A stretch of 64,000 nucleotides of DNA, taken from the NCBI GenBank assembly GCA_964474445.1, contig CAYYSJ010000003.1:81597-145596 (forward strand). The letters are read 5' to 3'. Under the pieces are notes generated by a model. That model had not been told where the DNA came from, did not search any database, and worked only from the letters and a program-made list of their open reading frames with translations. Position numbers and translations under genes: made by a program. Below, piece after piece: positions 62,833-64,000 of the stretch (position 1 is its first letter; every line of letters begins with the position of its first letter). The stretch is from an uncultured Gammaproteobacteria bacterium. Lineage in GTDB: Bacteria > Patescibacteriota > Microgenomatia > Levybacterales > UBA12049.

Positions 62833-63328
62833 CTGCATCATTTGTAGTGCCGTGCTCTTCATTCAGAAGAGACCCATGTTCTGCAAGCCATTTTCCAAAA
62901 AGTGCTTCGTTTGACGTTGGATCAAAGGACCCAATATGGTCATGAGCGCCGTTCCCTGCAGGTTGTAATCTCTCTCTTACATTCTGTAACTGTTTGCCAG
63001 TTCCATTAGGTACGCTGCCTTGTTGATCTCTATCAAATTGATGTGCTTGTGCTATCTCTCTTAAAGATTCTAATTCTTTATTTTGATTTGGAGTTGTTGT
63101 CTGTCCATCATTCTCAGGGATAGGGACGTCGTGTGTACGAGCATGTCGCTGGCGCAGTTTAAGAAGGTTCTGATATCCAGCATCTCCTTCTTGAAACGGG
63201 TTTTTATTTGGTAAATCATGTCTTCCCATACTATATATCCTTGTTAGCTTATTGGTACTTACATTTGCCGATAGAAGAGCTGCAGTCTCTTCTGAATCAG
63301 CTATCCAAAGAGTAATTACGCACTCCAC
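62825..63328 (-). CDS. Hypothetical protein (167 aa); C-terminal motif FGKWLAEHGSL shared with upstream neighbour
   Basis: ORF; overlaps convergent rluA-family gene by 8 nt and upstream gene by 13 nt. Confidence 0.4.
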   Translation of the reverse strand: MECVITLWIADSEETAALLSANVSTNKLTRIYSMGRHDLPNKNPFQEGDAGYQNLLKLRQRHARTHDVPIPENDGQTTTPNQNKELESLREIAQAHQFDRDQQGSVPNGTGKQLQNVRERLQPAGNGAHDHIGSFDPTSNEALFGKWLAEHGSLLNEEHGTTNDAVS

Positions 63329-63591
63329 TCATCTAACATGCCGTGTTCTACCAGCCATCTTGTAAATCGTAATCTTCTTAATGTAGCTTGCCCTTCTCTT
63401 ACTTCTTGGCTAGTTGCGAATTTGTCGGCAGTGTGAATTACCCTTGATGCTTCATAAGGAGTAAGGCCTTTCGCTACTAATGCTCTCACTTCGGAATCAT
63501 GTTGACTTCCTCCAAAACCTCCTCTATCAGGAGTTTGTCGTAATGGTTGTATTCTTAGTCTTCCCATTTCATGAATATTCATTTTCTTCAC
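63316..63591 (-). CDS. Hypothetical small protein (91 aa); C-terminal motif FTRWLVEHGML
   Basis: Strong SD (GAGGAGGTGAAGAAAATG on minus strand). Confidence 0.45.
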   Translation of the reverse strand: MKKMNIHEMGRLRIQPLRQTPDRGGFGGSQHDSEVRALVAKGLTPYEASRVIHTADKFATSQEVREGQATLRRLRFTRWLVEHGMLDEWSA

Positions 63592-63610
63592 CTCCTCTCA
63601 AAAATTCCTC

Positions 63611-63638
63611 AAAAAAAATCTCCCGTTTTGTGGGGAGA
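63611..63638 (-). terminator. Rho-independent terminator on minus strand (hairpin UCUCCC/GGGAGA followed by U8), ~20 nt upstream of the RBS of 63316..63591
   Basis: Plus strand AAAAAAAA-TCTCCC-gttttgtg-GGGAGA; no credible minus-strand gene upstream within window. Confidence 0.45.
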
Positions 63639-64000
63639 CTTCATCGTCTGTATGCACGAAAAATCCCCCTATTGAAGGAGAATCATGTGCTTTGTTGTTA
63701 CCGTAATCGTCATATCAGAAAGAGCATATCAGCCTCAAATATGTTTGTCAAGGCCGATTTTGTATGTCTTTTTTATAAGGTATATGTGCATTATTACTAT
63801 TTTCTTCTTGCCAAGAGGATTGCGTTTGAGTAATATTGATATATCCTAAAGGGGGTGAGATTATGGGAGGATTTGGAGGATTTAACGAAAAGAAAAAGAA
63901 AAAACAGAAACAGGGTGATAAGAAAAACCAATCCATGTTTTCAAACGCACCTGTTTTTGTTGCACCATCAGTAATTAAAAAAGAAAAGAAAGAAGAATAA

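Noticed and set aside
1-64000. CRISPR arrays, IS elements, transposases, integrases, phage structural genes
   Set aside because: I scanned intergenic regions for regularly spaced direct repeats and ORF translations for DDE/tyrosine-recombinase motifs and found none. The only tandem repeats are the intragenic zinc-ribbon repeats (1-443) and the 30-nt duplication inside the W/N-rich gene.
63808-64000. Promoter-like TTGCCA-17-TAATAT followed by SD and a short Lys-rich ORF at the window edge
   Set aside because: My reading frame through the poly-A runs is uncertain, and the ORF appears to stop after ~36 codons. It is too short and too ambiguous to call; it may belong to a gene continuing beyond the window.

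Overview
This 64 kb window is an AT-rich, gene-dense bacterial chromosomal segment. It uses the standard genetic code: ssb ends DDIPF followed by TGA, and most genes end in TAA, so there is no UGA recoding. Recognisable housekeeping genes are ychF, rpsF-ssb-rpsR, ctpA-like S41 protease, htrA-like protease, murB, prfA (short RF1), rpmE, hisS, dnaB, pepN, efp, an rluA-family gene and a tRNA-Leu(CAA). They are interspersed with many hypothetical proteins, several of them large (570-910 aa). Small proteins, shortened housekeeping genes and many orphan ORFs are reminiscent of reduced, uncultivated lineages such as CPR/Patescibacteria; this is inference, not proof. Many genes sit 6-13 nt downstream of an extended -10 element (TGGTAWAAT) with no Shine-Dalgarno, which suggests leaderless or SD-less initiation; a few genes do have strong SDs. 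The most unusual stretch is 51.3-56.8 kb, next to tRNA-Leu. There a 27-nt repeat (GCAGGCCCTGAGTAACTTTGTTGGAAC) occurs four times, plus one degenerate copy, between small accessory genes. Those genes are a fold-IV aminotransferase, a NUDIX hydrolase, a Pol-beta-type nucleotidyltransferase, a HIT-like protein, and an intact VapB-like antitoxin beside a decayed PIN/VapC toxin. Other notable items: a membrane-anchored GH5+GH114 fusion glycosidase in a two-gene operon; a DUF1800-DUF1501 fusion; a duplicated ychF promoter/5' fragment 5 kb from ychF; a perfect 16-bp inverted repeat inside an unknown three-gene operon; and a large cytoplasmic protein with a degenerate PP2C-like domain, paired with a 574-aa unknown between two envelope proteases. 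No CRISPR array, transposase or integrase was found. All coordinates for hand-called elements are read by eye and may be off by 1-2 nt.
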